DNA of 30,507 bases. Source: a virus (taxonomy: Duplodnaviria > Caudoviricetes). The notes under the pieces were generated by a model. That model saw only the letters and a list, made by a program, of their open reading frames with translations. It did no database searches and was not told the origin of the DNA. This document shows positions 17,601 through 27,455 of this stretch, one piece after another. The stretch's first letter is position 1; every line of letters begins with the position of its first letter. The stretch lies in IMG/VR virus record IMGVR_UViG_3300030330_005611, positions 1 to 30,507 of that record; one strand, 5' to 3'. A program made the translations under genes and the position numbers.

Positions 17601-20600
17601 ATCGTCAAATATGTAATTTTTATAGTAAGTTTCATTAGTTGTATTCGACTGAGCCGTTCTCATGAAACTTCTTCCCTGGAACATAGAACTAGTCGATATT
17701 CCAACATAGTCTCTTTGATCTGGGGGATTTGTTGGAGATCCAACTGGAACATTTCCGAATGGCGCTTCACTAAATGTCAAAGTATTAGCAACAATATTGT
17801 AATTTCCAACAACTTTTGTTACCAGATCACCAGAAGAAATTCCAGTTTGAATATTTGTTCCCATCCATCCTCTACGGACTGAGAGTCTGTTTGTACTTCC
17901 AATACCAACACCCTCAATCTTCATAATTTCACCACCAACCTTAATCAAATCTCCACCGAAGAATGAGGTGATTCCAGTAAAGTCAACAGTGTTATCTGTG
18001 CTTACTACATCGTCCTCTAAGGTTGTTGTAACCGCCGTAGAGACTATTGGGGACTGAATCAGATTATCAATAGCAACGAGTACTTTTGCATTTTGATTCG
18101 TTGCAGTAAATGTATGAGCAGCACCAACCCCAAGAGTACCAAATGAAGTTAAATCAAGGACTTGTGGAATAGACTTCAGAGCATCTTCCGCACTTCTAGC
18201 AAGTTGAATAGTATTATCATTAATCTTAACTGCAAATATTCCAGTTGTAGGAAGTAATGCGGTAGTAACTCCAGTAACTGGGAATGTAGTTAAACCAATA
18301 CCAATGGATCCACTGTTTCCAATACCTGGGCTAGCATATTCAATTTGCTCTCCTGTCACATAGAAGTGATTTGGAACTGTAATGCTATTAGAAGAGGTGT
18401 TAATGCCGCTTCCAGTAACTATTCTTTCAAAAATCTCATCATTCTTGTGAGTCAAATTGAACGATCTCTTAATATCTCTTTCAGTTCCAGTGTAATCACC
18501 AGATCCAGTTTCTATGGTTCCGTTGATAAAGTTAATTGTATCCTTTGAATCATCCTCAATTCTAAGAGCATTTGTATATACATGAACAGTAGCATCAATT
18601 CCAGCAACTGGTGTAAACAGAACTTGAGTTGTTGCAGCAAGTCCAACAGAGTCGGCAATTACTCTAGATCCAAAAGTACCAAGTCCAGAATGTGTTTGAA
18701 TATTTGCCCATTCAGTTTCAAAGGTTTCTCCCGTTGTTGCTCCTTCAATATGGTCATCCACAACAAAATATTCTAAGAATTCATAACGATCATTTGTGGT
18801 ATCATGAACCTGAATCATGAAATATCCAGCATCGTATCTGTCTTCAGCAACATCTAAATGACTTGGATATTCGGTGATGACATTTTCAGTTGGAGATCCA
18901 GATGATGTGATATTTGTAGTCGTGGACTGTAATCTAGCATGTTTCAGATCTAGAGTTGAAATACCAGATGATACTGAAGATAAACCTACAACTATGGCAT
19001 TAACTACAGCGTTTGTTCCTATTCCAGATGGATTAAAGTCAACCTTAATATTTGATCCATCGAGATATGCAGTGTATGTTCCAAATCCAGTTGCACTAAG
19101 TCCTCCAGGAGAGGTAGTTAACTTACCATACTCAAGAATAGAAACATCAGATCCATCATGGACGATATTCAGTTCTTGTGCTTCAAATTCATTTCCATTG
19201 ATTGTTGCAGTATTTCCATAAGATGGATTGCTAACATCTGGAGCGATTTCAACAAGAACTTTCAGGGAGTGATATGTATTACCAATGCTAACAATAGTTG
19301 CAGAAGAACCAGAGTTAACAATGGTGCTCTCCGAATCAATTAATACGCCTCCAATAGAAGTAGATCCTGTGCTCAAATAATTGTCATTTAAATTATAAGA
19401 AATTGCTGTGAGATGGTAATCATTTATTGTTGACTTAGTTGGGAAGAATAATAACTGGCCATCAGAACCAGATATTGAGAAGTCAAATGATCCTTGATCA
19501 TATACAGATTCAACTCTTGCATATTGGTTGAGATATCCGAAAGTACCGTCATGAATAAGATCAACGATTAAACCTTGTCTTTCTTGAGTGAATCTCTTAT
19601 CTTTCAAATAAGTGAAATACTTTCTAAATCTGACATCATCCAGATTAAATGTATCAAGTATACTAAAAGCAGTTGCTCTAGGATTGCTATTGAATTGTGG
19701 AGAGATATCATCAATAGAAAGAACTCTGTTTCCGAATGATTCTGTAAAATCTGTTAGAATCTTGTTATTAAGAATTATCTCATCAGAAAGAACACTACCA
19801 TCCGAAAGATTTACATTATTTTCTGTAGCAATATCAAAATCAAATACGCAATTAGTATCTACAAATCCATCGAGACTACTTACAATACTAACATCAGTCA
19901 ATTCTGTAGAAATACCAACTTTCAATCCATCTAAGTTTGTTGACTCAATTTGAAGATCACCGAATTTTTTATATCCAAGAGTGTGATTTACTGAAGATAT
20001 TACATCATTCCAATCATCAAATGGGATGGTACTCTTCAATGAATATGAGAAGTTTTGATAATAGAAATTATCTTGGACTCTTTGTAAGATATCATTTAAG
20101 AATCCAGAATCAGTTTGATTTCCACTGAATATTTGAGCAGAAACATCAGTTTCAAAATATGATTCATATGATGTTACTTTTAAAGCAGTTCCAGAAAGTT
20201 CTGAGGTAAGGCCTCTTATAACTTCTCCTTCTACAAAATTATCAGAAGAGAGAACTCTAAGAGTCTTTGTTGGTCTATCCCAACTTTGAACAATACCTTC
20301 TTTTCCATTGGTAGTAACTTTTTCACCAGTGAAGTAGTCACTTGTGGTTACTACTACATCAAAAGTTGGGAAGTTTTTCTGTGCAATTATCTGTCCAGCA
20401 GAATTAATTACATCAAATTCTCCTGGAATTTCTCCTTCATTTAATTCGTTACTTAAATTATATGCAACAGAACCAATTCCTCCAATATTAGGAGTTACTT
20501 CAGTAAGAGTGAATAATTTGTATCCATACTCTTTTGAATTATAACCCTTAATAGTAGTACCAACACCAACAGTACTAATATTTTCAATCATTACTTCATC

Positions 20601-23600
20601 GCCAACTTCAAATGGGAATGAAGTGCTAAATCCAACTGCCATAGTTACAGTCACATCCTTAGTAACTGTATTAAATCCAACTGTACTAATTCCAACTCCA
20701 TTGGTATTCTTTATTGGTAATACTGTTGGAGTGGAATTATTAATCCCTCTAGTATTACTTAAAATAGTTACTTCTGAGTCTCCTAAAGAATATCTAGTGG
20801 AAATATCAGTAATTTGATTACCAGTTTTGCCATCAAAGAAAAGTAACTCTGGTGCTGCAGAATATCCTTTTCCTCCAGAAACTATATCGATAAAATCAAC
20901 TTTGGCAAAGGAGTCAACATTAATAATTTGTGGGAGGGAAGCACTTGGTTTTAGTGTGCTATCAGTTGGGAAATCATATCCAACATCATTGATTTTTACT
21001 TTTTCAATGACTCCAATATCTTCACTAACCGATACTAAATCTCCTCTTACTCCCTCGATAGAATTGATAGACTCAATTGAAGGTAAAGTGGTATAATTTT
21101 TACCGGCACTAGTAACCTCTACTGCAGATATTGGTCCAGTTGTATGAGTACAGTCAGTTGTGTAGGTTATACTAGATGAAGTTGATACATATGAATTTGA
21201 TTCGGGATTTTGTGGTAATTCAAATGTAAAGAAGTTAGTTCCTGCAATAGAAATTCTTCTATTTCCATTGTAAACACTATTCTGAGATATTACAGTATTA
21301 TGATTTAAAATTTCAGAATCTTTTATTATTTCTGATTTTACAGTAGGAAGATTTGCATCAGAAACCGGATCTAAACAATAATACAACCTTTCAGGTGTTG
21401 TATTTCCAATAGAAACAGATACATTAGCAGAAGAAGTTCCAGGAATTCCTGTTCTAGAAACACTAAAGGATGAAGATGATCCATCAGTTTCCCAACGACG
21501 AGTATATGTGTCATCCAGATAGAAGTTAAGTCTGAATGCAGAATAATCAGTAGACTGTTGAACAAATCCTAAGGAAGAATCCGAAAGATCGAAATTTAAG
21601 GTTGAACTTCTGAAAGCTTTGATGGAAGGATTGACAAGTCCAAACTCACCAAACGATGCACTTGAAATACCAACAATACTTGGTATCAGTTTAGTAGAAT
21701 CATGGTAAGTGTTGGATAATTTGAAGTTATTATCATCAACTTTTACAATATAATAGATTTTATCATTTTCTAATCCTTGACAAGGAACGGTTGAAGAGTG
21801 AATTACTTTATCTCCGCTTTCATACCCATGATTCAATATGGTAATAGTGTTGGTAGTGCTGTTAACTCCTACAGCACTGAAAGTTTCTATACCAACAAGT
21901 ACTCTTCTGTTCTCATCATTATATTTTACAACATATGTTGTTGCAAATGATGGATTAACATCAATATCAACAATATGTCCTGCACCAATACCATGATTTG
22001 CATCGGTGGTAACAGTTACAGTTCGTTTTGCTAAATCTCCAGTTATATTACTATAATTAGTTGCAAAACTATGATTTGTACCAGTACCAAGTGCAGTGAA
22101 GAATAATGTTGTGGTTGTATTTCCTATTCCAATGAATCCGCCGGTAGATCCAAGTCCAACTCTTTGAGTTGCAATACCAATTAAATCTTTTGAAATTTTA
22201 GCAACAAAAAGTTGCTGTCCATCAGTCAGAGTTTTAGCTACACCAATTTCTCCATTGTCATTGTAGACAATACCCTGTCCACCATTTGGAGAATATGTGA
22301 GTAAATCGCCCGTCTGTAAATTATGATCTTTGAAGTACAGAGATTTGATTGGAACTGCAAGAGAACTAGATCCGAAGGTTGTTCCAAGACCAACAGTATT
22401 CAATCCAAAGGAATCAAACTGTAATACTGATCCGATTCCAACGGCAGTAGTACCAAGACCTACAGTTTCTTGTGGTTCAAAATAAATTTCTTTATTTTTT
22501 TGGAATGCATATCTGGTTTTGAATCCAGAATTTATCTCAAATCTTCTTGGTACTTCAGATAGAATTGATCCTATGGTATGAATAGAACCAACAGTACCAT
22601 TTACTTCTCGCAGAACTCTAAATCTAGAATTTTCTTTATCTACATTTAAAACTTTTACTTGTTCTGTACCAATACCTAGAATATCATTCGGTACAATGTT
22701 TGAATCAATTAAACTTGAAGATACATTGAAGAATGTTACCAATCCAGTGATACTTGTATCCCCAACAGCAACTCCTATAGTGCCCAATCCAACAATTGCG
22801 AACCTCTCACTTGAAACTCCTACAGTGTAGAATCCTTCAATTTTTGATGATGTTGTAGAAACACCACTAACATTAACGATATCTAAATTTTCAAAATTAT
22901 GAGGAGATGTTGCCTCTACAAGATAACTTCCTTTCTTAGTTGAGGGAATAAATTCGACATTAGATATTTCACTTATAGCAGCACTAATACTATTGACAGA
23001 TCTTCCTTTCAGTCTAGAAACTCTTCCAGCTGCTCCAAATCCAGTTACATCTCCAGAGAAGTTTAAAGTATCTCCAACTTTATAATTATCTCCAGCACTC
23101 TTGATATCTACTCTAGAAACTGTTCCTCTATTAGTAGATACAATTTTTCCTGTCTGAGATAAATTATTTGGCGAATATATGTAAGGATAATCAATACCAC
23201 TTTCTCTCAAATTATATGAGATTGTATTTCTGCACCAATTATTTTCTACAATATCATAATCATCCTGATTAGAAGATTTTGAAAAGTTAAACTCATTTGG
23301 AGTAGAATGATACTTGTCTCCTAAAACATATGGGAATGTTGGTATTTTATAATTTTCAAACAATCCAGAAGATTCTATACTGTCGGGATTGACTGTAACA
23401 AAGTATGCATAAGTTCCATTTGGATATTCTGGTGTTACACAGAATCTTCCATTATTTCTATCAAGATAACTATCGTCATTATTTTCATGATAAGTGAAAT
23501 CCTCTACAAAGAATCCTAATGGGAAAATAGTTACTGATGGACCATCAACACGAGATGTATTAAGTCTATAACTAGACTTCATCATAGTGACTACTCCACC

Positions 23601-26600
23601 ATCACTATTAGTGTATCCATATGGACCATAAATTGGATTTCCATCATAAGCCCAACCAAGGATTGGAGAGTGATCAGTAAATTCTGTTTCTTGAGAGTTA
23701 ACTAATTTTAGATCTGGTTTTCCGTATAAGGTTTCGCCACCTTCACCAACCGAGTATACCATTTCTCTCAGTGGTCTAGGTGCATATAATGAATAGCACT
23801 GCAAACCGTAGTCATCACTTAAAGATCTTTGTGCAACGGTATCATCAGATCCTATTAAATTATTATTATATAATTTTTCAAATAAATTTACTCTCCATCT
23901 TTGTACTTGTGGAATAAAGGAGAAATCTGTTTCTGATGGAGTTATCTCAATACTTACATCTCCAGAAACATATCCTGTTCCTGGTTCTATAACTTTTACT
24001 TCACTAAGTCTTCCATTTGAGAAAATTGGGGTTAAAACACATCCAATACCAGTTGTAGATATTATTTCTAAGTTGGGAGTAGATGTATAATTAGATCCAA
24101 CATTTTCAATAATAACTTCTATAATTCTTCCATCAGCAGTAACAATAGGTTTAACCTGAGCATTTACTCCAGATGTTACAGTTACATCAGGTAACTTATT
24201 AAAGTTAATAATCTCACTAGTTCCATATCCAGATCCTCTATTGGATAAGTGTACTGAAGTTAATTCTCCTCTGAAAATAGGTTGAACTTCAGCTTTGTAT
24301 GCACTAGATTCAATTCCAGTAACAGTTGCTATACCAACGGGGCCTTCTACTGTAACTGATATTGGAGGGTAATTGAATATTTGAGTTCCAGTACCACCAC
24401 TAGTTAAATCAATATATTGCTTTGTTCTGTAGAAGAAGTTTTCATCTGTTGCTGGACCAATTTCAGATAATTTGAATTGGTTAGAATCAATTACTGTAGC
24501 GTAATAATTTGTTCCGTCACTTAATCCACCAATCGCACTTGCTCCAGCAGTGTATCTTAATACTTCACCAGATTTATAATCATGGTTCGCTACTGTAATA
24601 ATATCAGATGAAGTGTTAATTCCTGCAGAAGCTACAGTTCTTTTCTTGTTCTCATAACCAGTTCCACTATCAACGATGTTTATTGAGTCAATAATAGATT
24701 TTCTAGATACACATTCTAAAGTATGTTTTCCAATACCATGAGAGGACAGAACAACTGTATTGATACCAACAATTGCTTGCTCTAAAGTATCATGCAATTT
24801 AATTGTGGTAGCATCAATAACTTCGGCAAAATATGTTGCACTAGTCGATAATCCACCAACAATTTGCTGCGAATTTGGTTTATAAACTACTTCTTCACCA
24901 TTTCTGAACTTATGATAGGTGGAGAATCCAATAGTAGAATTATTAGCACCTATAGAAACTCTTGCAGATTGTACATCTGAGAAAAATTCTACTGAGTGAG
25001 AGATTAATTTTGTATTTACTAACGCTCTAGCATTAGACCCGTTTCCACCTGTTATTGAAACGGTAGGAGTTTCTGTGAAATCAAATCCTCTATCAATAAT
25101 TTGTAATTCTCTTAACTGTCCGCTAATTGCAAGGAATCCAGATGCACCAGATCCAACTGAATCTGTTACTACTAAATCTGGTGGATTAATTACATCAAAT
25201 CCATTTCCAGGAGAAGCAACATCAATTTTTTCTATTCTTCCAGTATGAACTATATCTTTTGACTTATAGTTTAAAACCTCAACACCATTAACTAAAATTC
25301 CAGTCGCCCCTGGCACAGTTTCGACTTCAACATCATTGTTAATTGGAGTAGAAACTTCTCTATAAAGTCTTTGAGAATCTATAACTCTATTAGAGGTTTC
25401 CGTCAACTCAATGGTGTTAGAAGTGACCGTAGTTGTTGATGCGCTTACAAACTTTGATGTATACAAATTAGCTGGCGATTTTGCTAATTTGATATTATTG
25501 CTATCTACTCTGAAAACATAATATACTCCTTCACCACCAGTATCTCCGCCAAACAAAGAAGATTGAATAGAAGTATCAATTACATCTTCTCCATCAATCT
25601 CAACAGTTGTTTGAGTTCTCTGAGGGGTGTAATATACAGATTCTCCAGTATAGAATCCATGGTCATTTATTGTGAAAGTTTCTCCAGAAAATGTACCACT
25701 AAAAGTTTTAAAGCATTTTGCTGCAACAAGTGGTACATCTTTAAATGACGGTAAGGAGTTCGATGCAACTAAAAGCGAATCTCCATATTGTTTTTTGTAG
25801 ACATTTTGAACATTTGCATGGAATTTATTAATTCCTGAAATGGTTGCAGATTTTGCTTTCCTTAATCGTCTTAGTAAAGTGTAAGTTGCTGCAACATTAA
25901 TAGTTCCAGTAGTTTTAATTACTACAACTTTATCTGTGATAATATCAATAACTTCTGCATCATGAGATTCTGTTTCTGTTAGATTCTCAATCTTTACAGA
26001 ATCTCCAAGAGATAAGTAATTTTCTTTGTTTAGGGTTAACTTATAAGTTTTTGGTGAAACACTACTAATTAATTCAATTTTATTAATTGCATATTTAACT
26101 GGATTGTTGTATAACCAATTTTTAAATTTAAATGAATCATCTTCAATACCAAGAGATTTTATATCGAATTTATCTTCTGGTTTGTAATCAAATATTCCAT
26201 CTTGCTTTGAAAATCCAGATAATACAGGAGTAATACGAACTTCAATAGTAGGTTCTTCAGAAGGTTTGACAGAGGCAAAATCTTCTGTACTTAAAGTATC
26301 TCCATCAATTAGAGTGTCTGTAATATTACTACAACCTAAAAACTGTGTTATCGTTTTAGATGTATAAGAAACAATACCAACTTTGTTTACAGGTGCATTT
26401 GGATAATCTACATAGATTTCTCCGGAATTTGGAAATCCGATTGTAGAATCTACATCAATAAAAGTAGATCCAGCAGAAACATTTCCAATAATGTGCGTTT
26501 TTGGTGCTACTTTAAATTGACCTACAGTAGATCCTTGAGCTCTAGAATCTCTATTATATCCATCATCAAAAGAAAGTTTATAGAAAGTTTTTCCAGTTCC

Positions 26601-27437
26601 TGCATTTACTTTTTCAATATCATATATTGCAGTGTAAGTTTCATCATTATCTCCTTGAAATATAGTTCTACTTTCTAGGTCTGAAGGATCACCATTAATT
26701 GATTCTACTAAAAAATTAGAAGTTACTAAGTTTCTAGCATTTGAAGGTGTAAACAGGTAATCTCTTGGTTTTGTTATCTCAACATTTACACCATAGAGTG
26801 CTTTAAATAAGATCTTATAAGAATCGTCTGTTCCTTTACTTGTGTAAAAATCCTTTGCTTGCTTTATAAAGACATTCTGACTCAAATCAGATGACAGAGG
26901 TCTATCTGATAATCCTGGTAAAAACTGGATCTTAGTTTTGTTTAAAAATTCTTTTAAGAAAAGGCAACTTAAATTTTCAATAGTTGCACCATCTTTATGT
27001 TCGGCAGCTGAGGTAGAACTAAAGACAAGTTCCCCTGGATTAGAATCCGATTTATATGAAGTTACTCCAACAAATCCTCTAAGGCATCCAGTAAAAGAAG
27101 TTGTAGTTTTCCCAGTATAAGTTATTACTTCATCACCTATCTTTAAAAGACCATAAGAATCTGGAAATTTATCCGTTGTTGAATCAGGATCTAAATTTAT
27201 TGTTGTTGCAAATTCATCAAGATCACCACTCAAAGTTACAAAATGATTTAAACTAGTCTGCTCATCAACCTTTATATACTGATCAATGTTCTGTATCAAG
27301 TCAACAGGACCACTTTTGTACTCCTGACCAATATAATATTGCTTTAAAAATTCAGAGATAAGAGGGAACTCATTCTCAACATAAGTTGGAAGTTGGTTCT
27401 TAACGATGCTGCTAAACTTGATTCTTGTTTCTGCCAT
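14646..27437 (-). CDS. gp7: Giant baseplate wedge initiator (gp7-like) with many repeated beta modules, 4263 aa
   Basis: Lies between gp6 and gp8. N-terminal VKNQLPTYVENEFPLISEFLKQYY and FIKQAKDFYTSKGTDDSYKILFKALYG, plus internal RVQDNFYYQNFSYSLKS...NHTLGYKKFG, are gp7-like core segments. The reading frame is a single uninterrupted 12.8 kb. Confidence 0.85.
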   Translation of the reverse strand: MAETRIKFSSIVKNQLPTYVENEFPLISEFLKQYYIGQEYKSGPVDLIQNIDQYIKVDEQTSLNHFVTLSGDLDEFATTINLDPDSTTDKFPDSYGLLKIGDEVITYTGKTTTSFTGCLRGFVGVTSYKSDSNPGELVFSSTSAAEHKDGATIENLSCLFLKEFLNKTKIQFLPGLSDRPLSSDLSQNVFIKQAKDFYTSKGTDDSYKILFKALYGVNVEITKPRDYLFTPSNARNLVTSNFLVESINGDPSDLESRTIFQGDNDETYTAIYDIEKVNAGTGKTFYKLSFDDGYNRDSRAQGSTVGQFKVAPKTHIIGNVSAGSTFIDVDSTIGFPNSGEIYVDYPNAPVNKVGIVSYTSKTITQFLGCSNITDTLIDGDTLSTEDFASVKPSEEPTIEVRITPVLSGFSKQDGIFDYKPEDKFDIKSLGIEDDSFKFKNWLYNNPVKYAINKIELISSVSPKTYKLTLNKENYLSLGDSVKIENLTETESHDAEVIDIITDKVVVIKTTGTINVAATYTLLRRLRKAKSATISGINKFHANVQNVYKKQYGDSLLVASNSLPSFKDVPLVAAKCFKTFSGTFSGETFTINDHGFYTGESVYYTPQRTQTTVEIDGEDVIDTSIQSSLFGGDTGGEGVYYVFRVDSNNIKLAKSPANLYTSKFVSASTTTVTSNTIELTETSNRVIDSQRLYREVSTPINNDVEVETVPGATGILVNGVEVLNYKSKDIVHTGRIEKIDVASPGNGFDVINPPDLVVTDSVGSGASGFLAISGQLRELQIIDRGFDFTETPTVSITGGNGSNARALVNTKLISHSVEFFSDVQSARVSIGANNSTIGFSTYHKFRNGEEVVYKPNSQQIVGGLSTSATYFAEVIDATTIKLHDTLEQAIVGINTVVLSSHGIGKHTLECVSRKSIIDSINIVDSGTGYENKKRTVASAGINTSSDIITVANHDYKSGEVLRYTAGASAIGGLSDGTNYYATVIDSNQFKLSEIGPATDENFFYRTKQYIDLTSGGTGTQIFNYPPISVTVEGPVGIATVTGIESSAYKAEVQPIFRGELTSVHLSNRGSGYGTSEIINFNKLPDVTVTSGVNAQVKPIVTADGRIIEVIIENVGSNYTSTPNLEIISTTGIGCVLTPIFSNGRLSEVKVIEPGTGYVSGDVSIEITPSETDFSFIPQVQRWRVNLFEKLYNNNLIGSDDTVAQRSLSDDYGLQCYSLYAPRPLREMVYSVGEGGETLYGKPDLKLVNSQETEFTDHSPILGWAYDGNPIYGPYGYTNSDGGVVTMMKSSYRLNTSRVDGPSVTIFPLGFFVEDFTYHENNDDSYLDRNNGRFCVTPEYPNGTYAYFVTVNPDSIESSGLFENYKIPTFPYVLGDKYHSTPNEFNFSKSSNQDDYDIVENNWCRNTISYNLRESGIDYPYIYSPNNLSQTGKIVSTNRGTVSRVDIKSAGDNYKVGDTLNFSGDVTGFGAAGRVSRLKGRSVNSISAAISEISNVEFIPSTKKGSYLVEATSPHNFENLDIVNVSGVSTTSSKIEGFYTVGVSSERFAIVGLGTIGVAVGDTSITGLVTFFNVSSSLIDSNIVPNDILGIGTEQVKVLNVDKENSRFRVLREVNGTVGSIHTIGSILSEVPRRFEINSGFKTRYAFQKNKEIYFEPQETVGLGTTAVGIGSVLQFDSFGLNTVGLGTTFGSSSLAVPIKSLYFKDHNLQTGDLLTYSPNGGQGIVYNDNGEIGVAKTLTDGQQLFVAKISKDLIGIATQRVGLGSTGGFIGIGNTTTTLFFTALGTGTNHSFATNYSNITGDLAKRTVTVTTDANHGIGAGHIVDIDVNPSFATTYVVKYNDENRRVLVGIETFSAVGVNSTTNTITILNHGYESGDKVIHSSTVPCQGLENDKIYYIVKVDDNNFKLSNTYHDSTKLIPSIVGISSASFGEFGLVNPSIKAFRSSTLNFDLSDSSLGFVQQSTDYSAFRLNFYLDDTYTRRWETDGSSSSFSVSRTGIPGTSSANVSVSIGNTTPERLYYCLDPVSDANLPTVKSEIIKDSEILNHNTVISQNSVYNGNRRISIAGTNFFTFELPQNPESNSYVSTSSSITYTTDCTHTTGPISAVEVTSAGKNYTTLPSIESINSIEGVRGDLVSVSEDIGVIEKVKINDVGYDFPTDSTLKPSASLPQIINVDSFAKVDFIDIVSGGKGYSAAPELLFFDGKTGNQITDISTRYSLGDSEVTILSNTRGINNSTPTVLPIKNTNGVGISTVGFNTVTKDVTVTMAVGFSTSFPFEVGDEVMIENISTVGVGTTIKGYNSKEYGYKLFTLTEVTPNIGGIGSVAYNLSNELNEGEIPGEFDVINSAGQIIAQKNFPTFDVVVTTSDYFTGEKVTTNGKEGIVQSWDRPTKTLRVLSSDNFVEGEVIRGLTSELSGTALKVTSYESYFETDVSAQIFSGNQTDSGFLNDILQRVQDNFYYQNFSYSLKSTIPFDDWNDVISSVNHTLGYKKFGDLQIESTNLDGLKVGISTELTDVSIVSSLDGFVDTNCVFDFDIATENNVNLSDGSVLSDEIILNNKILTDFTESFGNRVLSIDDISPQFNSNPRATAFSILDTFNLDDVRFRKYFTYLKDKRFTQERQGLIVDLIHDGTFGYLNQYARVESVYDQGSFDFSISGSDGQLLFFPTKSTINDYHLTAISYNLNDNYLSTGSTSIGGVLIDSESTIVNSGSSATIVSIGNTYHSLKVLVEIAPDVSNPSYGNTATINGNEFEAQELNIVHDGSDVSILEYGKLTTSPGGLSATGFGTYTAYLDGSNIKVDFNPSGIGTNAVVNAIVVGLSSVSSGISTLDLKHARLQSTTTNITSSGSPTENVITEYPSHLDVAEDRYDAGYFMIQVHDTTNDRYEFLEYFVVDDHIEGATTGETFETEWANIQTHSGLGTFGSRVIADSVGLAATTQVLFTPVAGIDATVHVYTNALRIEDDSKDTINFINGTIETGSGDYTGTERDIKRSFNLTHKNDEIFERIVTGSGINTSSNSITVPNHFYVTGEQIEYASPGIGNSGSIGIGLTTFPVTGVTTALLPTTGIFAVKINDNTIQLARSAEDALKSIPQVLDLTSFGTLGVGAAHTFTATNQNAKVLVAIDNLIQSPIVSTAVTTTLEDDVVSTDNTVDFTGITSFFGGDLIKVGGEIMKIEGVGIGSTNRLSVRRGWMGTNIQTGISSGDLVTKVVGNYNIVANTLTFSEAPFGNVPVGSPTNPPDQRDYVGISTSSMFQGRSFMRTAQSNTTNETYYKNYIFDDLSDQFNGIKNEFTLKSDGSDITGINNEGAIVLVNDIFQVLGEQNNYTLSESTGITSITFDGTARNITNDVGLSTFPRGGMLVSVGSSAGFGLQPLVAAGGEAVVSAAGTITSVSIGNSGSGYRSGIQTDINVVVELPNVNGTTLVPIGIASATDGNVTSVAITTDRVFYAPRSVSNVLYDNVTGITTITTSTAHGLSANEVINVSGIAFTCNYSGSEAVNVTNALYDNVTGILTVTTAAPHNLNTSGQRSDVLLTGLGFTCGLGPGTHVYPRTTDPIYCGAKVTAVNSATEFEVNAGVTTVPTFYQSGGTAQPALIAPRVNNNSASGFDPASQGSSVLRIIDNTTFEINSGLSTRAHFYARCGTVAKPLDIIFDSPLSYTNLPLDYVSGTTGLGTDATIDVVVGQGSSVISFEINNTGYGYGNGERLTVSVGGTTGIPTTSSFIPTDIFEIQVEKVINDEFTGWSVGVFDTFDDVTNFIDGTRIDFPLIKAGIPVSINKSKGSKIELDQLLLVFVNEILQKPGDSYKFVGGSQITFAEPLKIGDTLNICFYKGSGDALDVIDREVIETLKYGDEVTLNYNPDLGQKPYQQEDARTISSITNVDKCETLPYFGPGNTTDTTFERPLTWCRQTQDKIINGQEVGKDREIYEPVINPVANIISSVGIGSTTIYVDRLRPLFDLNNENPQATFRNTIQKGVKLVNPVVVTGAAATAVVSSGGTITSIMIDNGGVGYSTTPDVSIGVGSVTATAEATIANGVVTGVTITNPGSGYTTTNPPLVLIGPPAEQTELCDVVQNTGYSGDSGIIVGLGTTSIGVGATGMMFHLHIPLDSEMRDANLVGTAVTLSGISTGDYFIVRNSNLGAASTSISALGTDNATVVGIGSEFLDNVYVVNKMELETQVIAGVSTNVIKVSVNTNMEPDGITGLTTGAFLGEYSWGKVNLEARTKELSYPAHTMSGIGTNGLTGISTSSKLYRSRYIRFKKFG

Positions 27438-27455
27438 TTTTTCTATATCTCTGAA

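Noticed and set aside
1298-21565. Short alternative-frame minus-strand ORFs nested in large genes (1298-1540, 7838-8023, 8357-8560, 8819-9082, 13676-13903, 15578-15826, 21371-21565)
   Set aside because: Their L/Q/M-rich composition is typical of off-frame reading of the main genes, and their lengths are plausible by chance over 30 kb.
14646-27437. Possible intein or homing endonuclease explaining the size of gp7 (e.g. LNHNT near 21300, KCF near 25710)
   Set aside because: No coherent Hint blocks and no LAGLIDADG/HNH motifs. The length is accounted for by repeated beta modules.
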